A stretch of 64,000 nucleotides of DNA from a virus (Duplodnaviria; Caudoviricetes), in the IMG/VR virus record IMGVR_UViG_3300037195_001552, positions 697 through 64,696 of that record, one strand, 5' to 3'. The notes beneath the pieces were generated by a model. The model saw nothing but the letters and a program-made list of their open reading frames with translations. It was not told the origin of the DNA and did no database searches. This document shows, piece by piece, positions 1 to 8,083 of the stretch. Position 1 is the stretch's first letter. The number at the start of each line of letters is the position of its first letter. Made by a program: the position numbers and the translations under genes.

Positions 1-1
1 G

Positions 2-253
2 CGTGGGGCAACACCTGAAGAAGTTGACCAATGGATAGAAGATGCTTGGCAACTCGGCGGGGATGCTCTCGTTCTAGAAAAGATAGCTATCCACACCGAG
101 TTACCCCCAGTACCCTACGACGAAGCACGTCGTCGTAATTATGCCTCATGGGGTGATCAATTGGATATGCAATACCATGACGGGAAAGATGGAACAACCA
201 CGTGGGTGGATCATGTGCGATCAGTCAAAGCGGCTCATCCAAAACCAGAATGA
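2..253 (+). CDS. C-terminal part of a tail fibre assembly/chaperone-like protein (5'-truncated)
   Basis: My translation, frame 2: ...RRRNYASWGDQLDMQYHDGKDGTTTWVDHVRSVKAAHPKPE*. The DQLDMxYHD...TTW...VKAAHPKP motif is typical of small proteins that follow tail fibres in marine phages. Confidence 0.6.
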   Translation, partial: RGATPEEVDQWIEDAWQLGGDALVLEKIAIHTELPPVPYDEARRRNYASWGDQLDMQYHDGKDGTTTWVDHVRSVKAAHPKPE

Positions 254-260
254 CAAATAA

Positions 261-410
261 ATGCCTAGACCCATGCAAACCCTAGCTCTCATTATCATGG
301 GTCTGCTGCGGCGGCCCTACCACCTAGTGGCCCGACATCGCTGGACGGCGGTGCTCGTCTGCGCGGGGCTTTTAGTCGGGCTGGGCTACTACGTTGCAGG
401 GCTGGTATAG
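261..410 (+). CDS. small membrane protein (49 aa)
   Basis: Not in the ORF track. MPRPMQTLALIIMGLLRRPYHLVARHRWTAVLVCAGLLVGLGYYVAGLV* has two hydrophobic stretches and fills the gap between its neighbours. Confidence 0.45.
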   Translation: MPRPMQTLALIIMGLLRRPYHLVARHRWTAVLVCAGLLVGLGYYVAGLV

Positions 411-569
411 CCATGACGCCGCCCACCAACTCTCCTGTCCTGCCCGTGTCGTGTCCGTTGCGACGACCGAACTGGATACAGTATGTCCTGACAATCGTCA
501 TCGTCATAGTCGGTGGTGTCTTCGTATACGGGCAGTTGACCCAAAGGGTTGTCTCATTGTCTGAAGCCC
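410..569 (+). repeat. copy 1 of a ~160-bp imperfect direct repeat (copy 2 at 63718-63874)
   Basis: Direct comparison: identical except for a 3-nt indel (gcc) and two substitutions. Confidence 0.95.
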
Positions 570-754
570 AGGCGGCAAGCAAAAAGGTCACCGCAGAGGT
601 CACAGTGGCTGTGCAAAATCAGAGCATTGAACAGGCTGTGCTGAAACAGCAAGTCTTGAACATTCAGACTGAACAACGAGAGTTCCGTGCAGAAGTGAAG
701 AACTCCTTAAAGGATATAGTGCGTAAAATTGATAAAAAGAATGGGCAGTGGTAA
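413..754 (+). CDS. single-TM coiled-coil protein of the lysis module (holin/spanin-like)
   Basis: One TM (YVLTIVIVIVGGVFVYG) followed by a coiled coil; lies upstream of the endolysin. Confidence 0.55.
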   Translation: MTPPTNSPVLPVSCPLRRPNWIQYVLTIVIVIVGGVFVYGQLTQRVVSLSEAQAASKKVTAEVTVAVQNQSIEQAVLKQQVLNIQTEQREFRAEVKNSLKDIVRKIDKKNGQW

Positions 755-791
755 GTGCCAGCAAGTTAAAATAGACAACTAGGAGTTGATT

Positions 792-932
792 ATGGTTAAA
801 GTTTCTCCAAAGCCTCAGCGTCCTATGAAGAAAAAGAGACCTTTTGAGGGGATAGCCCCCACCCCCAGGGATCGTCGGAAAATGGGTCTCCCCCCGCTGA
901 AAAAGAGAAAGAAGAAGGGTACAGGGGTGTGA
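792..932 (+). CDS. small K/R/P-rich basic protein (46 aa)
   Basis: AGGAG RBS at 781. MVKVSPKPQRPMKKKRPFEGIAPTPRDRRKMGLPPLKKRKKKGTGV*; the stop overlaps the endolysin GTG. Confidence 0.5.
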   Translation: MVKVSPKPQRPMKKKRPFEGIAPTPRDRRKMGLPPLKKRKKKGTGV

Positions 933-1321
933 CTATCAGATTTTTCAGTCACTGGCGTGATGTCCCCCAAGGCTATTGGAGATGGCCCAATTTTAAACCT
1001 TCAGAAGTCGCCTGTCAGCATTGTGGGGAGCTGCTTGTTGATGAAGAAGCAATGGATGCGCTCCAGCATCATAGAGGACTTCTTAACGGACCTCTTAAAA
1101 TCAATTCTGCTTATAGGTGTCCTATTCATAACGCTATGGTGGGCGGGGCTCCTTTGAGCGCACATAAGTTCGCCAAGGCTTTTGATAAAAGTCTAACCCA
1201 TCCTCCTCGTAAACGAGTTACTATGGAGGAAACTGGGTATAAAGCAGGGTTTAAAGGAATGGGTCGCTACAAAACATTTAGTCATCAAGATACTGGAAGG
1301 AAAAGAATATGGGGTTCTTAG
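929..1321 (+). CDS. endolysin, peptidase M15 family (Zn peptidase)
   Basis: NFKPSEVACQHCG, SAYRCPIHNAMVGGAPLSAH...AFD and the C-terminal FSHQDTG match the M15 pattern SxYR..HN..VGG...S.H....D...HxD. Confidence 0.85.
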   Translation: MTIRFFSHWRDVPQGYWRWPNFKPSEVACQHCGELLVDEEAMDALQHHRGLLNGPLKINSAYRCPIHNAMVGGAPLSAHKFAKAFDKSLTHPPRKRVTMEETGYKAGFKGMGRYKTFSHQDTGRKRIWGS

Positions 1322-1761
1322 GCACTTTGCTCATGGGTCCAGCCACCGGACTTCTTGGCTCGCTTTTTGGCGGAGTAATGAAATACTTTGAAAAAAAGCA
1401 AGAAATGGAAAATATGAAATTTAAGCACGAGCACGAGACCAAATTGCTTGAAATGAATATTATGGCTCGTGGCAAGGAGATGGAAAACGAAGCCATGATC
1501 GCTCAGGTATCAGCGACCGCGGACATGGTATCGGCCAGTTACCAACATGATGCCTCATACGGTACTTCTAGTCCTTGGATCAATGGCGCACTTCGTATGA
1601 TCCGGCCTATTCTCACCATTGGGCTTATTGCTCTCACCACGCTTATTTTTCTTAAAGCCAATGAGCAGGAACAAAGTAAGATCATCCTCACCGTACTCTA
1701 CATGACTGAAGTTGCTGTCACGTGGTGGTTCGCTGATCGTGCTAGAGGCAGTAAGAAATGA
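1309..1761 (+). CDS. holin-like membrane protein (GTA-type 3TM holin-like)
   Basis: Hydrophobic N-terminus, central coiled coil, IRPILT motif and two C-terminal TMs ending WWFADR; adjacent to the endolysin. Confidence 0.55.
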   Translation: MGFLGTLLMGPATGLLGSLFGGVMKYFEKKQEMENMKFKHEHETKLLEMNIMARGKEMENEAMIAQVSATADMVSASYQHDASYGTSSPWINGALRMIRPILTIGLIALTTLIFLKANEQEQSKIILTVLYMTEVAVTWWFADRARGSKK

Positions 1762-2057
1762 TCAGGACTTTGGCCCTTGCGGGTGTGCTTGTCCTCATAC
1801 CCGTGGGAGCTGAAGCCTGTATGTGTGGCCCTCGTGATAATGTTATGGCTCAATTAAAAGAAAGATATGGGGAAGAAGTGAGGAGCACAGGAATATTTCG
1901 AGAGGGGCTTGCTATAATTGAAATATTAAGAGGGCCAAAAGGATCTTTTACAGTTTTATCTTCAAGTCCTAGAGGAATGACTTGCGTAGTTACTTTTGGA
2001 ACTCATATGGAAGACCAAAACATAATTAGTGGACCCTATGAAAATGCGGAGCCATGA
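1758..2057 (+). CDS. hypothetical secreted protein
   Basis: Signal peptide followed by CGPRDNVMAQLKERYGE...; overlapping start/stop coupling with neighbours. Confidence 0.6.
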   Translation: MIRTLALAGVLVLIPVGAEACMCGPRDNVMAQLKERYGEEVRSTGIFREGLAIIEILRGPKGSFTVLSSSPRGMTCVVTFGTHMEDQNIISGPYENAEP

Positions 2058-2353
2058 AAAACAAATTACTCTACGCCGCCGCCGTTATTGGAGCCTTGGT
2101 GGGTATCTATGGAGGATTGGCAACATTCGGTATTAATCTTCCACGGCCCACATGGCATCACGAACATCAGGAACTTGCAGCATTATCTTTGGATCATGTT
2201 CTTGTGCAGCTTAATCGTCGTTTAATCGAAATCGATATCGCCATTGCAAAATTTAGACGTGAAGGAATCGTGCCTCCTGAAAACTTAATCCGTGAACGTC
2301 AACAAATTCTCAAAGAAATTCGTCTCATTAAAAAGAAACTTGGTGATGCCTAA
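2054..2353 (+). CDS. hypothetical membrane-anchored coiled-coil protein
   Basis: N-terminal TM and C-terminal coiled coil; translationally coupled. Confidence 0.55.
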   Translation: MKNKLLYAAAVIGALVGIYGGLATFGINLPRPTWHHEHQELAALSLDHVLVQLNRRLIEIDIAIAKFRREGIVPPENLIRERQQILKEIRLIKKKLGDA

Positions 2354-2357
2354 TCAT

Positions 2358-4151
2358 ATGATGCTCCCTCTTAAGATTCCTCCTGGCATAGTTAAAGATT
2401 GGACAGATTACGCCGCCGAGGGACGATGGGTGGCAGGCGATAAGGTGCGTTTCCGTAATGACCTACCTGAAAAACTAAAGGGCTGGGTCCGCAGTACCAT
2501 AACCGATGACTCTACCCTCACGGGCATCACGCGGGTAATTCTAGCGTGGTATGATCTAAGCGAAGTTGACCTTCTGGCCTTTGGCACCAACTCGCACATC
2601 TGGCTGATATCCGCAGGCACCCTCTACGACATCACCCCACTGCGAGCTACGACCACGAACATGGCCGACCCCCCGTTTTCCATGACCTCAGGTTCGGCTG
2701 TTGTCACTGTAACGGATACTGCCCATGGATCGGAAACAGGTGACTATGTCACCATATCGCAGGCCGCAGCCGCTGGTGGAATCACCATTGATGGGAACTA
2801 TCAGCTTACCAGGGTCGATGCAAATTCTTATACAATTACTCACTCATCAGCAGCTACGTCAACTACGACGGGAGGCGGTGCAGCGGCCGATGCTGAGTAT
2901 GCGATTACCACGCAAAATGAAGATGCCGTGGGAACTGGCTGGGGCGCAGGCGGTTGGGGAGGCTCCACTTGGGGAACTGCTCGAACGACAGGGGTTCCTA
3001 TTGAACTGCCAGTATGGTCCTTTGATCTTTGGGGCGAAGACCTTGTAGCCACCATTCGTGGAGGAGGCACCTATGTCTGGGACGCCAGTGCCGGAACAGG
3101 TACCAGGGCAGCGACAGCGTCGGGAGTTCCTTCGACGGCGAAGCTTACACGGGTTAGCACTGCTGATCGGCATCTTGTTGCTTATGGGGCTCATGACGGC
3201 AGCAGCGATGATCCTGTTCTGATACGCTGGTCAGACGATGATGACCGCACTGACTTTACCGCCACGGCCACCAACAGTGCAGGAACTCACCGCCTGACTC
3301 GTGGAACCAGCATTATCACCGCTATTGACAGCCGTAATCAGACTGTAGTTTTCACTAACACCAGTGTTCATGCTCAATCTTTCGTTGGCCCACCGTTTAT
3401 CTACAATTTCCGTTTGCTGGCAGACGACACAACTTTGATTGGACAAAATGCTGTATCTGAAGTAGACGGCACAGTATTCTGGATGGGTTCAGACGATTTC
3501 TACATGTATGCAGGTGAAGTAGATATTCTGCCTTGTCCTTTACGCCGAGATGTGTTTGATAATCTTAATCGTCCTCATCAACAAAAGTGTTTCTCTGGTA
3601 TCAATCAACGATACCAAGAAGTTTGGTTCTTTTATCCTCGAGGAACGGCTACCGAACCCAGTCATTACGTTGCGTTTTATTACGGAGAACCACGTAAGAA
3701 TATCTGGCACGAAGGTTCATTGGCTCGTACAGTTTGGTACGATATTGAAAAGTTCCTAGAAAATCCCATTGCGGTGGACAGTAGCGGAAATCTTTATGAA
3801 CATGAAAATGGTGATGATGATCATGTGACCGCCATGTCCGTAGCTATAACTTCTGGAGCCATTCAACTCACAACCCCAGAAACAGGGGCGGGTGATCGAT
3901 TGTTGTTGATGGATAAATTCATACCGGATGCCAGCACAAGTGATGATATGACACTTACCGTCTTTACCCGAAAATATCCTCAGGACCCAGAGACCACAAA
4001 AGGTCCGTTTACTATTACTAGTTCGACAGGTAAGGTAAGCCTACGGGCCAAGGGTCGTCAGCTTCGTATCAAGTATGCTTCTTCAACCTTGGGTCAAAGC
4101 TGGCATATCGGAACGCCCCGCGCCCGTGTGCGGGTACAAGGACAACGATAA
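2358..4151 (+). CDS. tail nozzle / virion stabilisation protein (tail tubular B-like)
   Basis: About 600 aa beta-rich protein starting MLPLKIPPGI; propeller-like repeats (WSFDLWGEDL, IRWSDDDD, VFWMG) and a C-terminal LRAKGRQLRIK motif. Confidence 0.7.
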   Translation: MMLPLKIPPGIVKDWTDYAAEGRWVAGDKVRFRNDLPEKLKGWVRSTITDDSTLTGITRVILAWYDLSEVDLLAFGTNSHIWLISAGTLYDITPLRATTTNMADPPFSMTSGSAVVTVTDTAHGSETGDYVTISQAAAAGGITIDGNYQLTRVDANSYTITHSSAATSTTTGGGAAADAEYAITTQNEDAVGTGWGAGGWGGSTWGTARTTGVPIELPVWSFDLWGEDLVATIRGGGTYVWDASAGTGTRAATASGVPSTAKLTRVSTADRHLVAYGAHDGSSDDPVLIRWSDDDDRTDFTATATNSAGTHRLTRGTSIITAIDSRNQTVVFTNTSVHAQSFVGPPFIYNFRLLADDTTLIGQNAVSEVDGTVFWMGSDDFYMYAGEVDILPCPLRRDVFDNLNRPHQQKCFSGINQRYQEVWFFYPRGTATEPSHYVAFYYGEPRKNIWHEGSLARTVWYDIEKFLENPIAVDSSGNLYEHENGDDDHVTAMSVAITSGAIQLTTPETGAGDRLLLMDKFIPDASTSDDMTLTVFTRKYPQDPETTKGPFTITSSTGKVSLRAKGRQLRIKYASSTLGQSWHIGTPRARVRVQGQR

Positions 4152-4396
4152 TGACTAGTCCTCTTAGACTTCCCAGAGCACCAGAATATTACAGTCGGGA
4201 ACAAGTGCAGAGAATGATTGATGACATTGAACAGGGTTTCTTGGAACGTGATCAAATAATCAAGGACGGCTATCAGATGTCTAATGTTACTCCTACTCGT
4301 ATTCTGGATGCTGATTCAACTTCCACTGCGGAATTGGCTGATGTTCTAGGCACCTTGATCGATGACATGAAGGCACGGGGGTTACTGGCAGCATGA
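4151..4396 (+). CDS. hypothetical virion-module protein
   Basis: Coupled ORF; the LRLPRAPEYYSRE N-terminus is typical of the gene following the nozzle in this phage type. Confidence 0.6.
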   Translation: MTSPLRLPRAPEYYSREQVQRMIDDIEQGFLERDQIIKDGYQMSNVTPTRILDADSTSTAELADVLGTLIDDMKARGLLAA

Positions 4397-4938
4397 GCAC
4401 CGTAATTCCATTGGAATATCATCCGATTGAGGACATAGACATTGATGATCCATATTCCTATGCACTGTATGGGTCAGACACTCCTGGGGAAATTTCCTTT
4501 TTTGAAGATCCTGTTCCAGGCGATCCAATAGAATTTTCTGAAGCCTGGACCGGATACGGTAGTCGTGACCCTGAAGTTTCTTATGCGCCGCCGCCTCAGT
4601 CTTTAGGGTCTGGCGCGGGAATGCTGGGCCTCGGCGCTTTGGGTCTACTGGCTCAGTCTTCCATGGGTAAGAGCAAAGGTGGTGACGCGGGGAGTTCTAT
4701 TCTAGATTCTTTTCTGACTACCCAAAAGCCCGAAGGCAACCTCGGTGGATACGGTCCATGGGGGGCCGGTGGAATGGGGGCTTTGGGAGCCTTTGCCTTG
4801 GCCAAGGCCGGTGGAGCCTCTAATAAGGAAGCCGCGAAAAGTGCGGCTCTCACGGGTATCGGAGCAGGACTGGGCTACCAGTTCTTTGGGCCGGTGGGTG
4901 GTTTGATTGGCGGTGCCGCAGGGAATTGGTTCAGCTAA
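4393..4938 (+). CDS. Gly/Ala-rich putative internal virion protein
   Basis: Acidic N-half and glycine-zipper-like C-half (GLIGGAAGNWFS). Confidence 0.5.
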   Translation: MSTVIPLEYHPIEDIDIDDPYSYALYGSDTPGEISFFEDPVPGDPIEFSEAWTGYGSRDPEVSYAPPPQSLGSGAGMLGLGALGLLAQSSMGKSKGGDAGSSILDSFLTTQKPEGNLGGYGPWGAGGMGALGAFALAKAGGASNKEAAKSAALTGIGAGLGYQFFGPVGGLIGGAAGNWFS

Positions 4939-5381
4939 TGGAAATCCGCCCCGCCACGCTTATCGACATTACCAACATCCTGTTGATGCTGGGTGAGATG
5001 CAGCAAGAAATGTCGGAAACTTTAGATGAAGTTCACTGGCCCAAGGTTTCTCACATCGCATTGGATTGTATCAACCGAGGGCTGGTTCTTGCGGCGCATA
5101 CAGATGAAGGGGATTTCGCAGGTTCTGTGGGTGGGGTTCTTGGTCCCGAATGGTACAGTGAACAGCCGGTGTTGTCTGATTATTGGTTTTATGTTCGGAA
5201 AGATTTTCGCGCCTCACCGGCTGGCTTTAAGTTGATGAAGGCGTTCAAAGCCCTATCCATAGAACTAAATGTTCCATTAAGGGTGGGTCATACGCTGGGT
5301 AAAGATCTCGAGCGCATGGATAAATTTTACGGTAAACTGGGGTTTGAAAGAACCGGCACAATCTTTCGAAAGGCAAGTTGA
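4938..5381 (+). CDS. GNAT-family acetyltransferase
   Basis: MEIRPAT start, FYVRKDFRASPAGFKLM acetyl-CoA loop and FYGKLGF C-terminal motif. Confidence 0.8.
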   Translation: MEIRPATLIDITNILLMLGEMQQEMSETLDEVHWPKVSHIALDCINRGLVLAAHTDEGDFAGSVGGVLGPEWYSEQPVLSDYWFYVRKDFRASPAGFKLMKAFKALSIELNVPLRVGHTLGKDLERMDKFYGKLGFERTGTIFRKAS

Positions 5382-6457
5382 TGGGTGGCATGTGTCAACC
5401 GACCACTGACACCACACCGGGTTATTCCAGCACGGTCGCTGGAACTGAGATCCCGGAATGGGTCAGTCACGCTGGCCAGCAGATTTTTGGACAAGCCGCT
5501 AATCTGGCTTCTCAGCCTTACACGCCTTATCCTCTGCCTCGTATTGCAGATTTCTCCGGCCTGGAATCCATGGGTATCAACATGGCGGGGGCCAACATTG
5601 GTAATTATCAGCCGGGCTTGGCCGCAGCCGGAGGAACATTGGATGCTTCTGGTCAGGTCATCGGCGCTATTCCTGGTCAGATAGGGAACACCGGAGCCAA
5701 TCAGAATTTTGCCATGGGGGCAGCGGGCGGGGCTGCTACTCCCTGGAATACCGGCGCGATGAACACTTATATGAACCCATTTACTTCGGGTGTGTTGGAC
5801 GTTGCCGCTGGTGATCTCAATCGTCAATTTGATATTCAACAAAGAAACACTGACGCAGCGGCGGGTGGGGCCGGAGCCTATGGTGATGCACGACACGGCA
5901 TATTGAACGCCGAAAATGAGCGCAACCGTGGTCGTACCCTTAGTGATCTCTACACGACCGGCTATGGCAATGCTTACAACAGCGCTCTCGGCGCCTTCGG
6001 CGCCGACCAGAACCGCTTGTTGCAGTCCGGCAACCTTGCACTAGGGGCGGGTAATCTTGGCCTTGCAGGGGCTCGTACAAACCTCCAGGCAGGCGGTGCG
6101 CTGGGCAACCTCGCCAATCAATACGCACAACTTGGAGCCACTACGCAGAACCTTGCTTCTAACGACATCAATCAGCTCATGGGTATCGGCGGTATGCAGC
6201 GCGGCTTGGCCCAATCCAGTCTGGACACGGCCTATCAGGACTTCCTGGAACAGCGGGCTTATCCACGCGAACAGGTGAACTTTGCCATTGGCGCGTTGAA
6301 GGGCGTCCCCTACAGCGAGCGCCAATGGCAAAACACCCATTCCATGACCCCACAGCTCGGGACCTCTCCCTTTGGTCAAGCCGCTGGTGCCCTCACGGGT
6401 CTCTACGGTGCCTACAACATGTTCAATCGTCCCGGCACCGGCGGGGGAACTAGGTGA
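5378..6457 (+). CDS. DNA ejection/pilot (internal virion) protein
   Basis: G/A/Q/N-rich with AGAYGDARHGI and LDTAYQDFLEQRAYP motifs, typical of podovirus ejection proteins. Confidence 0.7.
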   Translation: MMGGMCQPTTDTTPGYSSTVAGTEIPEWVSHAGQQIFGQAANLASQPYTPYPLPRIADFSGLESMGINMAGANIGNYQPGLAAAGGTLDASGQVIGAIPGQIGNTGANQNFAMGAAGGAATPWNTGAMNTYMNPFTSGVLDVAAGDLNRQFDIQQRNTDAAAGGAGAYGDARHGILNAENERNRGRTLSDLYTTGYGNAYNSALGAFGADQNRLLQSGNLALGAGNLGLAGARTNLQAGGALGNLANQYAQLGATTQNLASNDINQLMGIGGMQRGLAQSSLDTAYQDFLEQRAYPREQVNFAIGALKGVPYSERQWQNTHSMTPQLGTSPFGQAAGALTGLYGAYNMFNRPGTGGGTR

Positions 6458-8082
6458 TGGCTGGTGTGCCCATGAAGCCCTGGCTAGTCCCCGGTCGCGC
6501 CCCCGGTGCTTTGGCCAATGTCCCGCAGCAACCTCCCCCGCAGATGGCCCAGGTCCCTGGGAACGCGGCGGTAGGCGCAGCCCCGGTCATGCGTCAACAA
6601 CAGGGGATTGTCCCTAATCAAAACGGATGGACTGCCGGGGGATTGATGCAGCAGCCCGATAATGGTCTGAAACTGCCTATCTTCCCTAACGAGTTTCATA
6701 AGAACTGGGGATCACAAGCTGGCGGTGTTCAGCCTCCTTCGGGAGGCACCGTGCCTCAGGCCGACCCACAGGCGAGCACATCGCCCTTCGACCGTATTGG
6801 GTCGGATCCGGAGTTGGACAAGTGGTTGGCGCTGACCATGGGCGGCTTTGGGATGGCGGCAGAGGCCGGTAAACCCGGAGCAACGTTCCTTGGCGCGTTG
6901 GGCGAGGGCGGCAAGCAAGGTATCGCCGCTGGCATGGGCGCGGCGAAACAACGCCGCGAGGCCGCTGCGCTGAAGGAAGAACAAAATCTTAAAAGGATGC
7001 TGTATACCAGCAAAATGCGAAACGCAGAAGCCGCCTACGCCAAGTCCCTGCAAGAATCTCTTGGTCCCTTGGGCAAGCAAGCTCGTGATGAAGGAAAGGA
7101 TCCACAAACGGATCCCGATGGATTCAATGCTCGGGTCAAAGAACTTTGGGACGAACAGCGCAAGTCCAAGGGCAGTACTCTTGAACGGATGATTGATCGG
7201 CAAGCAAGAGCTTTAGGTATCACCGATAAAAATTCCAATGAATATGAAGCCTTAGTTGATGATGCTTGGGAAAAGGCCACTCACATTCGTCCTCCGGCCA
7301 CTACGCATATCAATACCAAAATAGACATGAAGAAGGAGACCGAGGAACACAAGGCTCTTGTCAAAAAATGGGGTAAAGAAGCTGAAAGTATCGGAACGAC
7401 TTTTGGCACTTTCCGCAGCAACAATATTTATCAAGAAGGCTTATTCAGTGGTCAGGTCCATTCGGGTGTGGGTACTGAAACTGTGACTGGATTAGTCAGC
7501 TTCGTTAAGACAATGACAGGTAACGATATTTCAGGAATGTTGAGAGGTCTGGGAGTACAAGTCGGAAACATACCCCTCACCCAACTAAAGGAGGGTTTGG
7601 GTAACGACATCATGAGAGGACTTCTAGAAGACTTTGGTCCCCGGCCCACGGATAAGGATATGGAGGTTGCTCGTTCAATTGCCGGTGCCCTTAATCTCGC
7701 ACCTGAAACCAATGTCAAGTTGAATGAACTGCTATTTGAGCGTACTACGCAGAAACTCAAAGATCAAATTCGTGCCCATCGCTCTCTTGGAGAAAATCTT
7801 GAGGGCAACCAGAAAGTGTGGCATGAAGAACAAACCAAAGAATTAGTCCAACGAGCCAATTTTTTACTTCAAAAGCGAAAAGAACAGTTTACTGTTCTTG
7901 ATACTGAAATGAAGACCTTGGTTGATAAAGCTGAGGCAGGAACAGGTGCCGGGGGACGTTGGGAAGATACTCTCGAAACAATGTTGGGCGCTGATCGAAC
8001 AGGATTTCTTCTTAATAGATTCCAAGTTTGGAATGCCTACAAGGCTATCAAAAGAAACGCCTTCCCTGTGACGATTAAATAA
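6454..8082 (+). CDS. internal virion protein
   Basis: 542 aa, P/Q-rich N-terminus then helical; lies in the ejection-protein position. Confidence 0.6.
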   Translation: MMAGVPMKPWLVPGRAPGALANVPQQPPPQMAQVPGNAAVGAAPVMRQQQGIVPNQNGWTAGGLMQQPDNGLKLPIFPNEFHKNWGSQAGGVQPPSGGTVPQADPQASTSPFDRIGSDPELDKWLALTMGGFGMAAEAGKPGATFLGALGEGGKQGIAAGMGAAKQRREAAALKEEQNLKRMLYTSKMRNAEAAYAKSLQESLGPLGKQARDEGKDPQTDPDGFNARVKELWDEQRKSKGSTLERMIDRQARALGITDKNSNEYEALVDDAWEKATHIRPPATTHINTKIDMKKETEEHKALVKKWGKEAESIGTTFGTFRSNNIYQEGLFSGQVHSGVGTETVTGLVSFVKTMTGNDISGMLRGLGVQVGNIPLTQLKEGLGNDIMRGLLEDFGPRPTDKDMEVARSIAGALNLAPETNVKLNELLFERTTQKLKDQIRAHRSLGENLEGNQKVWHEEQTKELVQRANFLLQKRKEQFTVLDTEMKTLVDKAEAGTGAGGRWEDTLETMLGADRTGFLLNRFQVWNAYKAIKRNAFPVTIK

Positions 8083-8083
8083 C

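Noticed and set aside
410-569. Template/variable repeat pair of a diversity-generating retroelement
   Set aside because: No reverse transcriptase in the window; the differences are a GCC indel, C/T and G/C rather than adenine-specific; the repeat is at the 5' end of a membrane gene.
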